Shown piece after piece: positions 50,700 through 63,316 of a stretch of DNA of 64,000 nucleotides. The position numbers and the translations under genes are program-made. Within the stretch, counting starts at the first letter, position 1. Each line of letters opens with the position of its first letter. The notes under the pieces are model-generated. The model saw nothing but the letters and a program-made list of their open reading frames with translations. It ran no database searches and had not been told where the DNA came from. The DNA is from Podarcis pityusensis. Lineage: Eukaryota. The DNA is taken from NCBI GenBank assembly GCA_964106645.2, contig OZ067044.1. One strand, 5' to 3'.

Positions 50700-52950
50700 C
50701 CTTTGTTCTCCAAATGGAGTATACTAAGAGTCTCTCCATATACCCTTTCCTAAATTTCAGGAGTTTTGCAGCCAGTGCACAAAACAGAATAAACCATGAC
50801 ATCACAAAGGAAATTTTTAAGCCTCTGGAGTCAAAGGTTAGGAGGAGCAAGGTTAAAAAGAGTTTTATGAGCAAGAACCTGGTCCCTGATGTTCCCAACA
50901 AACAGCTTCCATAGTGGAGACAACTAAGATGTTAGGGAAGGGGTCAGGTCAAGGAGATTCATGGACTTCCTGGAAAAGATGAAAGAAATCTATGAATAGA
51001 AGTATTTTTTCTCCCCTAAAGGTAGACAATGCCTTCTGAATGTTGGCATGGTAGACTTCAGTGAAGAGGTAGATGAGGCACACTGCTGTTGAAAAAGTGG
51101 TGTCCTCTGTCTTATGTGCTTGATTAGAAGCACCTGGATTTGCTCCTAGTGGCATCATGTGTGGATGAGAAGCTGGGCACCTCCCGTGTGTGAGATTTCA
51201 CAATAGAAATGAAACAGACAGAATGTATTTACGGTGATGGTCCTTCTCCAGGAGTACTGTGCAGATAATATAGGGCAATGACCACAGGTTGTTCGTATTG
51301 CATTTGTTATTCTGTTAGCTAGATTGGTCTTCACTGTCCAGAGGAGTATTTGTGACTAAAACCTGGTTTTGAAACACGGTCCATGGCTTTAAATGCAAGC
51401 ATCTGGGAATACTGGCAATCACTGCTGCTCCACTGCCTCTGGAGTGAGCTGCTTGCTATGTGCAGAGACATGCTGTCTGGCACGGACAAAGTTTGTTTTG
51501 ACCAAGGTACAATCTTTTGGGTATTTGGGGACATAAAAAATGTGCACCACCATATGTTCCATGGCAAAGACGTCCACCTCATTTTAACATTAAACTTATA
51601 GCTTCTATTTTATAGGCAAGCCTCCTTTTCACCACAGCCGTGACTTCCCAATAGTCACATAATGCTGCACTGGGTGGAGTCCTCCTATATACGGAATTGC
51701 CATACTAAGTAAGGTGTTGCTCCAATATAGAGCCTTCAGGACCAAGCAATGCTCAACTTCCTTAATTCCCAGTCAATGTTTTTCAAAGAAGCAAGTTCAG
51801 ATCTCTTCACATCAACAGACAAGAAAGTCTTAACAAGTAAGTGATGACGGAACTGCTGCTCGTTCTACTAACCAAGGAATGTTAATTTCTCTGACTCTAA
51901 ATATCTCTCTGTGTCACAGGCCCTGGAGAGGGTAGGAATCGTCAACACCTGCATTTCCCACTTCTGCCTGATACATTTCCATGGATCTTTTTACATCCAT
52001 TTTGACTCCATGAAGGAGCTTGACTCACATGTACACAGGGACTCACAGTTTACAGGTTCCTTTCAAAGCAGTAAAAATCTATTTCCACAGTTATCATCTC
52101 ACTAATCAACTATTATATAGCAGTCGTTTGGGGATGCAATTTCCCGTTCTTTCCTATGATTTCTATGTAACCTAAACTCACCCTTCTAGTCCACTTGGAC
52201 TAGTAATGGTCAGGGATTGGCACAGTGCCTGGGCAGAGAGCACAGAACAATTAGCAGCATCCACAAAACTGCTGCAGGGTGGAAGCACATTGAGATTCTG
52301 GACTCAGGCTACATCAAGAGCAATTTTCTTCAGCTCAAGAGTTTGTATTTGTATATTACAATACACAAAATCACGATATCAAATACATTCCTTGACTTAC
52401 TGATTCTGCCTTTTCTAATGCCTGAGGATACACATTAAAAAAACTTAAGGATACTATTTTTTATAATGAATGTTCTTATCTTGATAATACCAATGTCTTT
52501 ATACACTCTTGCTTCTCTTGAATTCACCTGCACATAACATTCAGCTTTGCAATCCTATTTATTTTCAGAATCCATTTAGTTGCAAATAGCACACATACTG
52601 TACAGATATTTCTAACTAGTTATATACAGTCTTGGTTCACAGAGCTACGAACGCTGCATAGCAGGCTAAGTGGCTTTGAAAGATGCAAAGCCACTTGGCT
52701 TGGTTTAACTAACACACATGAATTATACTACAGGACGCTGTGCTAAACTTCACAGGAAACAGTATTTGATGAGAAGCATTCAAATCAGTTCCTAATGCAC
52801 ACTTGTGCCATTTAACTTAATGGAATGGAAAAGAAATTCTGTATTTTAAACCCTTGTCTTTAATGAAATCACAATAAATATTTGGTGCAAAGGAAAACAT
52901 TTCAACAATAGAAACGGGAGACCTTGTAATTAGGATTTGAGAAGAGTGGG
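50700..52950 (-). pseudogene. Heavily decayed C-type protocadherin variable exon
   Basis: Colinear frameshifted remnants in minus-strand translation: KDKGL (~52850), LEIS (~52610), KDIGIIKIRTF (~52490), FNVYPQALEKA (~52420), ELKKIA...VQNLNV (~52310), GP..RE (~51915), SL..KTFLSVDVK (~51825), DVFA (~51570), KPGF/LVT (~51360), LLEKD (~51250), EVPSFSST (~51170), DLT.SL.ILVVST (~50935). Order and spacing match an EC1-TM exon; boundaries approximate. Confidence 0.65.
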
Positions 52951-55900
52951 GAGACTGATATCTCACTTCAAAATCTGAAATGTGATTGAGTTTGATTGCT
53001 TTAGACTTTTTGGACAGTCAATGACTATTTTCTAGGTTCAAGATTGTAGACAAGCAAGCAAGAGGGAAATTTTAAATGTTGGGGGTCAACATACAGTAAG
53101 TTTCATTACATTCTCCCACCCCCCTACACTAAACTCGTTTGTGAAAGGCACCATAAGATCTTGAGTGGGGTCTCTGGGCAGGGATTGTGCATGTTTATTG
53201 CTGTCAAATCTCATCCAGTGGCAGATGGCTAGACAGCATGATGTTAGCCAGCTCTTTGCACTCTTTGTCTTCCATTATCTTTACAGAAAAACAAATATGG
53301 TAACTTTCTTGCATTGCTCTAGATTAGATGTATTTAATCATAAAGTTTCTGATCTTGAATTCTCCTGTGTTGCTTTGGCTGCATATATGCTCATCTTAAT
53401 TTTCAAAGTGAGATTTCTTCTTTCCAATCTCAATGTCCTATAATTCAGGGATACTTATTACAAACTAGAAGACCAGTGTGTTTGGCAGTAAACCCCACAG
53501 CATATGAAGCTGTCGCTTGCATTTATTTCAGTGCACAAAGCGCAGCAGGTCCTGGCCCCTTGCAACATATTTTCAAGCACATATGATTTTAATAAGTACA
53601 GCCTCCTCAACTGCAAGTGTAATGGACACACTAAATGTTCACATTGTTTCAGTAATACGTGAAGGAGCCCTGATTATATTTGGTGAGAGTCTGCCCTGGT
53701 TTTGCATATTTTAGAGCCAGATGGCCTACTAATGAAAAGCCTCTGTGCATCATTCTAACTTTTGTTAAAAACACTAAAGAAACTAATGGTTCTGCCTGTA
53801 CAGATTAAGTGTGGGATCTGGTGCAGCTTTAAGAGTACATCAGCTTAGGGTCATCATATTGTGCTGGAATTGCTAATGCCTATTGACAGGACACACACGG
53901 GCACACAAACACACCTCTCTTCCGCTGTCTCTTTTGCCCGCCCTATTTTTCTGATCATAGTCATTTTCTTAACAATCTTCCAGACTATGTAATTTTGGGT
54001 AGGAAAACGAAGCTAAAACAATTTCCAAGGATCTCAGGGTTCACATGTCAACCATTTCAAGCAAAGCAACATGTATGGCAGTTAAGAAAGCCTAATTATG
54101 AATTGATAACAGCAATGCAACCCTTTTGGCATCAGAATAGTAATAATAAACAATAATAATTTAAATCTCAACAACAAATTAAAAGTACAGATGAAATCAC
54201 TAATCAGTTATCGATGAATTAACATCATCATCATCATCATTATTACATTTATAAGGCTGCCCTATAGCAGTTTTCTGGGTGGCTCACAAACCAAACCAAG
54301 CAGAATACAGCATATTAAAAACCTATGATGAATTAATTAAAAGTTGATGCACAATTTACAACTCAAGGTATAAAATAAAAGCAAGCTACATACAAAATAT
54401 CAATTACTGTTGTGAATGTGTATATATATTTCCCACACAGCCGAAAGGTTAGGTACCACATTGCTCTAAAACATGTTCGGATATCAGATGCCAAATACTA
54501 AATGCCAAATTAACCAGGTACAAAGACTCAAAACCAGTTCACTGAAATGATGGCCCTGAAAGCTATTCACAAACTATCAGGGGTGAGAACTGGCCTGGAG
54601 CCAGACGCTTTCTGGCAACCTCTCCTTTACTCTTGCAATCTCTGGGCTTCCTGGTCCTTCTTCCAGCACCCTCTCCACATAAAGCCGCAGTTTATCACTG
54701 TACCCTAAAACAACTTCCTGCCTATAGCATCTAATTGTGTAGCAGAATGCACCCTGAGCATGTATCTACACTGCAGATTCAAACTGGTGCAGCAATCATT
54801 CCCAAGGAATTATAGGAATTGTGCTTCTGGCTCAGTTCTCAATGAGGTTGTACCCCTGACTCTGGGCTGTACCACTTCAGACTGCAGGTGGGGACTCAAG
54901 ATGGCTGTATGCTCCTCCATGCCAGCCACCCCACGGTTAGGATCCATCTTCCTGACATCTAGCTTTGACAGAGCTCTGAATTCTTTGTACGCAGGAACAT
55001 TCAAAGATGTGGGTTTCATCTGCAATCTGAAATGGTACAGCCTAGAAACAGATTAACCATCTTGGTGAGAACTGGGCCTCTGTGAGGAAATCTTACAAAC
55101 ATGACACACAACGTGCTCTCTTCAGAGTGAAAATGTTCATGAATATTTCAAAGGAAACTAGCATGTACATACAATCCCAGCAATTAACATATTCACTGCC
55201 AGCCTTCTGCTGTTACACAATAACAAGATAAAATGAGTGTCACACGAGTGCTACCTAATGTTATCAGTGATCAGAATATGAGAGGAGCCTGGGAAGGAAG
55301 GGAATTTGATGCCTCCTGGGCAGTTTGCCTATGCCTGGTATTTTAGGGGGGAAGACTGTTGGACAGAATGGGGATGGGGTGCAAGACAACATATAAGTCA
55401 AGCTGAAAGTAGCCTGCCACTTGTGATTCCCAAAAGAAAGCTGAAGCCTGAAACTTTAGGTAAAACCTTGAGACTCAGAAACCCTAAAGCACAATAGCTT
55501 TGTGCAGCTGGTGGAAGAGTCAGAAAAAGCTCACCTATGTAGGTGTTGACCGGTGTGCTTTGTAGGCATTGTGAGAAAGAACCTGGCTATTGTTGTTATT
55601 ACTCCTCCTTCTCCTCTCTACACAGAAGCTTTTCTGGATTGCAGGCAAAATCTCTAGTTAATATTCACTTTCATACAATAACATATTGCATTATCTTTTC
55701 ACTTATTGACTTTTGATATGAACTCTATGATGGGGCTGCCTATGTTTTCTTGGACATTCAACAGGGAACACATTATCTTAGCATCGTAGCATCTCTACTA
55801 TCTCCCACCTGATCAGGGACAACATGGGGGGGGGGGAGCTGAGCCCCTCCAATTAAGCAGGGGACTGGGCCCCCTCAATTTTATGCAGCCTGCAAGCCAT

Positions 55901-55994
55901 CAGAAGGCAATCCTGTATAGGGAAGGGAAGTTTTTTATATATGTTGGAAGCTGCCCAGAGTGGCTGGGGCAACTCAGTAAGATGTGTGGATATA

Positions 55995-56253
55995 CCGTAT
56001 TTTTCGCTCTATAAGACGCACCACACCACAAGATGCACCTAGTTTTTGGGGGAGGAAAACAAGAAACAAAATATTTTGAATCTCAGAAGCCAGAACAGCA
56101 AGAGGGATCGCTGCGCAGTAAAAGCAGCAATCCCTCTTGCTGTTCTGGCTTCTGAGATAGCTGCGCAGCCTGCATTCGCTCCATAAGACGCACACACATT
56201 TCCCCTTACTTTTTAGGAGGGAAAAAGTGAGTCTTATAGAGCAAAAAATATGG
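55995..56253. mobile_element. pogo/Tigger-type MITE related to 2385-2553, with an internal hairpin
   Basis: TIRs CC(G/A)TATTTTT(C/T)GCTCTATAAGAC, TA TSD; internal inverted repeat 56081-56157. Confidence 0.85.
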
Positions 56254-57324
56254 TAAATAGTAAAATTATCATTATGGAATGGGACGTCCCTATTTTCATT
56301 GGAGAAATGTTGGTATGACAGAATGCCCAAGCCTCTTTGCATACTTTTCACATTTTGCACTTGCTATAGGGTGGGGTATTCTTTAACATCTACCCACACT
56401 TATTGTGTAATAATACACAATACACAATAACTTATAGTGAGTACCTGATCTTAGACCAACTCACCACAGGAAAGATGCATCCTGTTTTGTAGAAAGAACA
56501 GATTGGCTAAATAACAGAAATTCCAGGGACTAGAAAATGAAACAAGCAGGGCAGAAAAGTGCACTGGATGGAAGAGGGAAATGGCAGCTCTTTAAGACAC
56601 CAGTTATTCTATAGCCTGGTGTCCAAACAACTTACTCATCAACCACAGCTCAGACGTCACTCATTTGCTAAAAAACACTGAAAGGTGGGGATAGCTGGGC
56701 TGGCTCACTCACTTAGAAGGGTACTCACACATTTTGCTTGATAACTTCATTTCTAGAAGGGCTAGGCTCTTACGTTTTTTAAATGAAAACTCAAAGTCTG
56801 GGTCCTCTGACAAGCATAGGCCCCAGAGCAATATCCGCAACCCCCTCGATTTCTTAAAATAACAAGCACAGGGCCCTTCATTGGGAACAGAAGCACCAAA
56901 CCAAGTGGCAACAGCTGCCACCTTCTCCAATGGTCCCAGGGCCTCTGGGCCTTACTTCAACATAGTGGTGCTATATTGGGGCCCAGAAGCACTGAGGGGA
57001 AATGAAAAGGGCATTTCTCAGCAACAGGGCAAGGGAGCACCATCTCTCCTCACCACCCCCATGCTGCTGCCCATCCTTGCCTCCACCTGCTGCGGCCTCC
57101 AGGTAAACTAATTTGGGGGTGCACACCTGGTGGCTGGTCCTGTGTGTAGGCCTCCTTCTGAAAGGCATCCATGCGCAGGCTCTTTCCCAGAAGTCTCTTT
57201 TGTATAGAAGAGCATCTTCCCTGGAAGGCTGCTGCCATTGCTTCCATAGAAAGTGCCATTTCCCCCTACCAAATTAGTCTGAATGAGAAGCCATCAGAGC
57301 CCTGTTCTAATGTCTCTTCTTCTG

Positions 57325-57366
57325 CTACTCCTACTCCTACTCCTACTCCTACCCCTACTCCTACTC
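57325..57366. repeat. (CTACTC)7 hexanucleotide repeat
   Basis: Read directly; one variant unit. Confidence 0.9.
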
Positions 57367-57964
57367 ATGTTTGGCTACATAGAGAATAGGTTCAATTCCA
57401 CCATACACATAAGGAAAAGGAATAAGTCTTACATTTCCACCCCATCATAGATGAATATCAAACAGACATACATCAGAGGCTAGGCCCCCCAAGGAAATGT
57501 TGAAGGTGATCTCCCTTTAGCGTCTTGAAAAAGCACCCAAGTCAAAAGGCCTCCCAATACATATCCAACCCATTATTTACACAGCATTACTGTTTCCTTG
57601 CGTATGATTTTTTTGTAAAACATAAACTTACTGGGAGCTATCATTCTTCAGAGGCAATGACTATGCAACCCAACAACAGCTGACCACATTGATCTGACCC
57701 AGAGCAGAAAGAACAAACCACCCAACTCCATGTAATGTAGGAAGGAAACAACACATGCACAGGAGTTAAACAGGCGGGGCTCTTAATCATGCTATTAAAT
57801 GACACAGCACTAGATGGAGACAGAAAACAGGAAAACGAATGTGTTCTACGGGAACTACCCTGTTTCCGGGTAGAAAGACATTGAGTGGTCTGCCTTTAAG
57901 TCAACTTAAGCTCAGAGCTGGGATTTCCCAACTTTGTTGGAGAAGGACAACAAGCATACATTAC

Positions 57965-60409
57965 CTCAGAGGACACCAGAAGCCTCTTATTTGTGCTTAT
58001 TAGCTGGTTATATATTGCAGGGTCACATCTTGTGATAGTGCTCTGGCGGCTCCCCATAGGGCTGGGAGCAAAGGGCATTTTGTACAGAAGTTCACTCTGG
58101 CGAGAGTCCGTGGTGAGGACCTGCTGGTAGAAGTTTGGAGGAGTAAATCCACTCCGCACAGTGTCTATGTGGTTGAAAGGCCCCGGGGTTCTATAAAGGG
58201 AGCTTCTGGAGGCTTTGAATATATCCTTGGATTGCCTCCACTTGTAAAATTTATAAATCCCCACCCCAACCACGGTGACAAAGAAGGCCACTGAGATCAA
58301 GATGACAGCAATGATTAAATAGAAAGTCAAGTGCTTCTTTGTTTGGGGTGTAGTGGACACAGCAGTCAAGTCTGTCAGTGTCTCCCTAGATGTCTCTGCT
58401 ACATCTACAGCAAGGGTCACTGTGGAGGACAAGGCAGGCTCCCCATTGTCTTTTATTAAGATGAGCAATGTTTGCTTGCGAGAATCTTCCTCTTGCAGAG
58501 AACGAGCTGTGCTTATCTCCCCAGAATGCAGCCCCACAGTGAACAGCCCTGGGTCAGTGACCTGAAGGAAGGAATACGAGAGCCAGGCATTGTAACCAGA
58601 ATCTGCATCCCAGGCCACAATTTTTGTGACCATGTAACCAGGGCTGACTGTGGGTGAGATGACTTCTGAGAGCGAAGAACTGTTGTTTGAGTTCGGGTAT
58701 AAGAGCCTGGGTGCATTGTCATTCTGATCTGTGACAAAAACATTGACAGTGATGTTAGTGGCGAGAGGCGGGAGGCCAGCATCACGAACCTGGACCACTA
58801 GCCTGAACTCCATGGTGCCCTCATGGTCCAAGGGGACTAGGACATATATGCTGCCATTTTCCCGGTTAATAGAAAAATACCTGCCCGCCAAGTCTCCCGA
58901 GGACATGGGACTATCCAGGATGGAGTAGGAAAGGTGGGAATTCCGGTTCAGATCCGGGTCAGAGGCACTGATGTTAAAGATCAGGGTCCCTGGAAGGTTG
59001 TTTTCCTCCACATACACATCATAGGAGGATTGTGGAAATTTAGGAGGGTTGTCATTTACATCAGATACTTTAACCAGTATTTGCTTTTCTGCCATGAGTG
59101 AGGGTGTGCCTGCATCCTGAGCTGTGATGGTGATGTTGTACTCAGAGACAAGTTCCCTGTCCAAGGGTCCTTTGGTCTGTAAGGTATAATAGTTTTTAAG
59201 GGAAGAGCTGAGGGCAAAAGGGATCCCAGAAGGTATAAAGCAATTTACTAGGCCATTATCACCAGAGTCCTGATCCGTGACACTCAGCAACGCAATCACA
59301 GTCCCTGGAGCTGCGTCTTCTGGTATTGGGCTGTATACCGACGTCACTGTTATTTCTGGGGTGTTGTCGTTCACATCCACAATCTCTACCAGCACTTTGC
59401 AATGAGCGACACCAGGATTTGAACCCTTATCTTTTGCCTGGATATAAATCTCATAAAATTTGGCTTCTTCAAAATCCAGCAACCCCTTCAGCCTCAGTTC
59501 TCCAGTGGCAGAGTCTAGGGCAAAGAGCTGTCGGACTCTGGCAGGGGTGTGACTGCTGAAAGAGTACACAATCTCCCCATTGGGGCCTTCATCCAGGTCG
59601 AAAGCTCTGGTTTGGACAACCAGGGTGTTCAAGGGTGTGTCTTCTTTCACGCTGGCTCTGTAGATGGACTGGTTGAAGACAGGGGCGTTGTCATTTGCAT
59701 CCAGGACGTCAACCAGCACCTGCAAGCTGGCCGATCGGGGTGGGGTCCCTCCATCCATCGCCGTGAGAACCAGCTGCACTTCCCGCTGCTGCTCCCGGTC
59801 CAGCTCTTTCTCCAGCACCAGCTCCGCATACTTCGTCCCGTCGCCTCGCGTCTGCACGTCCAGCACGAAGTGTGGGTTGGCGCTGAGCTGGTAGGTCTGC
59901 AGAGAGTTGCTTCCCACGTCGGGGTCCTGCGCGCTCTCCAAGGGGAAACGCGCTCCGGGGGTCACCGACTCGCTGATCTCCAGCTTCATTTGCTTGCTCT
60001 GGAAAGCCGGGTCGTTGTCGTTGACGTCCTGGATCTCCACGGTCACGCCGTACAGCACCAGCGGGCTCTCGGCCACCACCTCCAGGCTCAGCGCGCACGG
60101 CGAGAGGGCCCCGCAAAGTTCCTCGCGGTCGATGCGCTCGCTCACCAGCAACTTCCCGCTGCCCAGGTCCACCTCGAAGTACTTTCGTCCGCCGCCCGAC
60201 ACTACGCGGAGGTTCCTCGCGGGCAGCTGGGCGAGATCCAGTCCCAGGTCGCCCACCACGTTGCCCACCGAAGAGCCCCTGGGCATCTCCTCGGGGATGG
60301 CGTAGCGCGTGGCGGCGAGCGCCCGCTCCGAGACGCCCAGCCACAGCCAGAAGCCCACGACGGGCAGCCATCGCGCTCTCGGCCGGCTCCTTCCCGCGGC
60401 GCCTCTCAT
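57965..60409 (-). CDS. PCDHGC3: Protocadherin gamma-C3 variable exon (signal peptide, EC1-EC6, TM, variable cytoplasmic domain; 815 codons, ~949 aa with constant exons)
   Basis: Six cadherin repeats with DRE/DxNDNxP motifs. C3-diagnostic strings: KYAELVLE, EIYIQAKDKG.NP..AHCKVLVE, TSVYSP, SSLKNY, YKW.QS.D....SSLYRTPGP, LTTDSR, SRQ.T...CDP. First ATG at 60409 (ORF track starts at an upstream TTG). Donor GAG|GTAATG after 57965, phase 0; 2445 nt is divisible by 3. Confidence 0.95.
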
Positions 60410-61150
60410 CTCCCGGCCTCGCAAAGTTTCTTTCTTTTTGCGGGAGCGGCGGGGAGGTCCCTCTAAAAGTTCTCAGCCGTCCCTTCCATGCGGCCGCGAC
60501 CCTGCCCGGTCCAGGCTCGCCTCGCGCGGACTTTGGGGGTCGGGCATTGCTCGGCGGCGCGGCGCTCCGGCGACGGGACTGCGCTCCGTCTGTTGCTGGC
60601 GCTCAACTCGCGGCGGCGGCGGCGGCGGCGTCCCACTTCGCGCTGCTTCGCCGCCAGCATCGCCGGGTCAACAGCGGCGCGCAGAGTCGCGACCATTAAC
60701 TGCAGGAGAGGCCGCTCCCGCTCCGCCTCCCCGGCTCGCCGCCGGGACTCCGAGGCACGAGGCGCACGGCTCCATCCAAGCTGGGCCGGCGGGGCCCGGT
60801 GACTTCTTTTTTGGGGGGTGGGGCGGGGGTGTTCCTCGGTGAAAGGCTTGTGGAGGCTGCCCCCTAGGCTGCCCAGCCCTCCCCGCTCTGCCGCCGCGAG
60901 AAGGAGCGAAGGGAAGCGCGGACCGAGGAGGCAGCAAGGGCTCATTGTTCTCGCTGGGGAGCGTGGAGGAAGGGCTGGACCCCGGACGCTTCCCAGGGAT
61001 CGGGAGAGAGATGCCTGCCTGCCTCCGGTGCCTCCGCCTCTGGCTCCCTCGCTTACGCTCTCCCGGCGTGGCGGCTCTGTGGGGCAGCCCAGTGCTCCCC
61101 ATGCACGGCACTGCTCAGGGAGAACCCACAAGCCCCCCAAGGCGGTGTAA
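59700..61150. promoter_or_regulatory. CpG island over the gamma-C3 promoter and EC1-EC2
   Basis: Very dense CpG/GC content that drops sharply below ~59700. Confidence 0.85.
60665..60704 (-). promoter_or_regulatory. Conserved sequence element (CSE, CGCT-box CTCF site) of the gamma-C3 promoter
   Basis: Minus strand TGCAGTTAATGGTCGCGACTCTGCGCGCCGCTGTTGACCC: upstream TGCAG module, CGCT core and CGCTGTTGACC tail typical of Pcdh CSEs, ~265 bp upstream of the ATG. Confidence 0.75.
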
Positions 61151-62573
61151 GCTTCCCCTCTCCCTCTGCTCCCCAATCTGCTGCCCAAAGGGAAAGGGGT
61201 GAGCAGGAAGAGGGCAGGTTATTTTATTATGATTTTGTTACAGGAATTTCTATACTAACCTTCATTGGAAACCCCCAGGATAGTTTGTGCGTGCGTGTGC
61301 ATGGATTAAAGTACAGGCAATATACAGCAGAACAGTAATAAAAGCCAGGGATCTTATGCAAGCAGGCAAAGAATCCACAGGGCTAAAATCAGCTCTAAAA
61401 GGGCTGGGGAAATGGAAAAGTCTACCTAGTGCTGGAAGGATGACAAAATAGGTACCAAGTGGACCCCTCTACAGATTGCACTTCACAACTGAGGCACCAC
61501 CACTGAGAAGGCCCTTTCTTTGGGAAGCAGCTGACTTGTTTCAGTTTGTGGGGCCGCCCCCAGAAGACGTTCTGTTGAAGTTCTGAATGTCTCGGCTGAC
61601 ACATAAAGTATCCTGGGTCCTAAGCTGGAAAAGGCTTTAAAAGTCAAAGCCAGCACTTGGGTTCAGAAATTGGAAGCTAATGCAACGGGCATATAGCACC
61701 AATGTTACATTATCCTAATAAGCCTACCTCAGTTGGTGATCCAGCAGCTGCATTCTGAACTTGCAGCAATTTCCAAGCCATATTTCAGAGGCAACCCCAC
61801 AGAGAGTATATCACAGTAGTCTAACCTGGTACAGCATAATCAATCACAAGTCACGGCACACACACACCATTTCAATGGCAATGCCTATGAACTTTTTTGG
61901 GGGGGCCCAGTTCCCTCAAATATTTTAGGGGAGACTAAGGGACCTCAGTCCCTAGGAGTTGGCTCCTACGAACTTGGTAGTTATCGGAGTACAGATCATT
62001 GATGCTAAGCTAAACTTACAATTGCTGCTTGCTCTCAACTCTCTGCTACACTGGCCAGAGACAGAAGGTGAGGGGACCTGGGGAAGTAGTGTCTGCTCCT
62101 CTCACTTGCCTTTGCTCTCACCATAGGTGGTGGGGTTTGGCTCCACAGGGAGAACACAGGCAAAGTGCAGAAGCAACCATTACTCTGCACCAAAGCTTGC
62201 TTAGCTCTCTCTCTCTCTCTTAGGAGTATGGCAAGAAGGTTTAGGCCAGTGATCATAACAAGGAGAAGCCACTGCTGCTTCAGTTTGCTCACCTGCAAAC
62301 CCCACCCTAGAAGAGAATGAGTGGGAGCCAGGGCATGAGACAGTCTAAAGAAGTCACCTCAGGTGGTGGAATCCCTGCAGAGACGCCCCCCCCCCCCTTG
62401 CCACCAGAGTAGTGAGGAGAAGTGGCAGCAGTGTCTTCCAAGTTCCAGTGAGATATCGCAAGAGCCCACAGAGGCCTCCGGAGGCCTTCTCATGGGGCTC
62501 TCACTAGAGCAGTGCCAGATTAGGGCAGTGCAAGCAGTTCTCTTGTACAGGGCTCTGAGCCAAGGGGGTGCAA

Positions 62574-62613
<40 letters not shown>
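62574..62613. repeat. (AAT)n microsatellite
   Basis: About 13 units. Confidence 0.9.
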
Positions 62614-62614
<1 letters not shown>

Positions 62615-63316
62615 ATTTATTTATATGGGTTCCTACTAAGAAGATCAGTAAAAAATACAAAAAGGAATTATTGTGAAGATAAGAAATATTTTTTTCTTGG
62701 GGGTGGGGTGGAGAGACACCCCCCAAATTTTGTACTTGCTCAGGGCACCATATTATCAAAGTCCGCCCCTGGCTGGAACCCAGAAGCCACATCTACACAA
62801 CCCCATAAGTGAGCCTTGGGTGGGGGCAGCAGGTGGCACATATGTAGGGGCAAAATGAGATGGGCCACCTCTGGTGGGGGGCTGTACTTGCTTGCTTACC
62901 CTTCCTCTTGATCTAGATGGCACAATGGGGAGGATTGGCTCCAGTCTCCAGCACTGCACCATCCCACAGTGCAGGGGAGTTAATGAGAGGAAGAGGAGGC
63001 TGCTTCTGATCTGAGCAACCACTTGCACATTTCTGCTCTGAGTCTGGACACTGTGAAGACTGGGGCAGCCAAGCTGCACCAGCTAGAGACTGTAAGTAGA
63101 CAGAGAGCTGTTCTTCTCAGACAAGTGGGGTCAGAAGAGCCAAGTCTCAGGATACTTCCTTTTCTTTCCCTGTGTTGCTGATAGAACAAGTAGCTTCAGT
63201 CTAGGTTTGTGACTATGGGACAGGAATAGTAGCTATTCCAGATGAATGAACCTGAAGTAAAAAGGATGCAAAATTGGTGTTATATGATGCAAACCATTAA
63301 ACAGTGTTGGGAGGTA

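Noticed and set aside
54810-55041. Acceptor-like tttctag followed by open frames downstream of gamma-C3
   Set aside because: The phase-0 frame stops after ~34 codons with no recognisable motif; no supporting donor or poly(A) signal identified.
59549-60466. 305-aa antisense ORF over gamma-C3 and similar antisense ORFs over the other variable exons
   Set aside because: Shadow of cadherin codon usage and GC richness.
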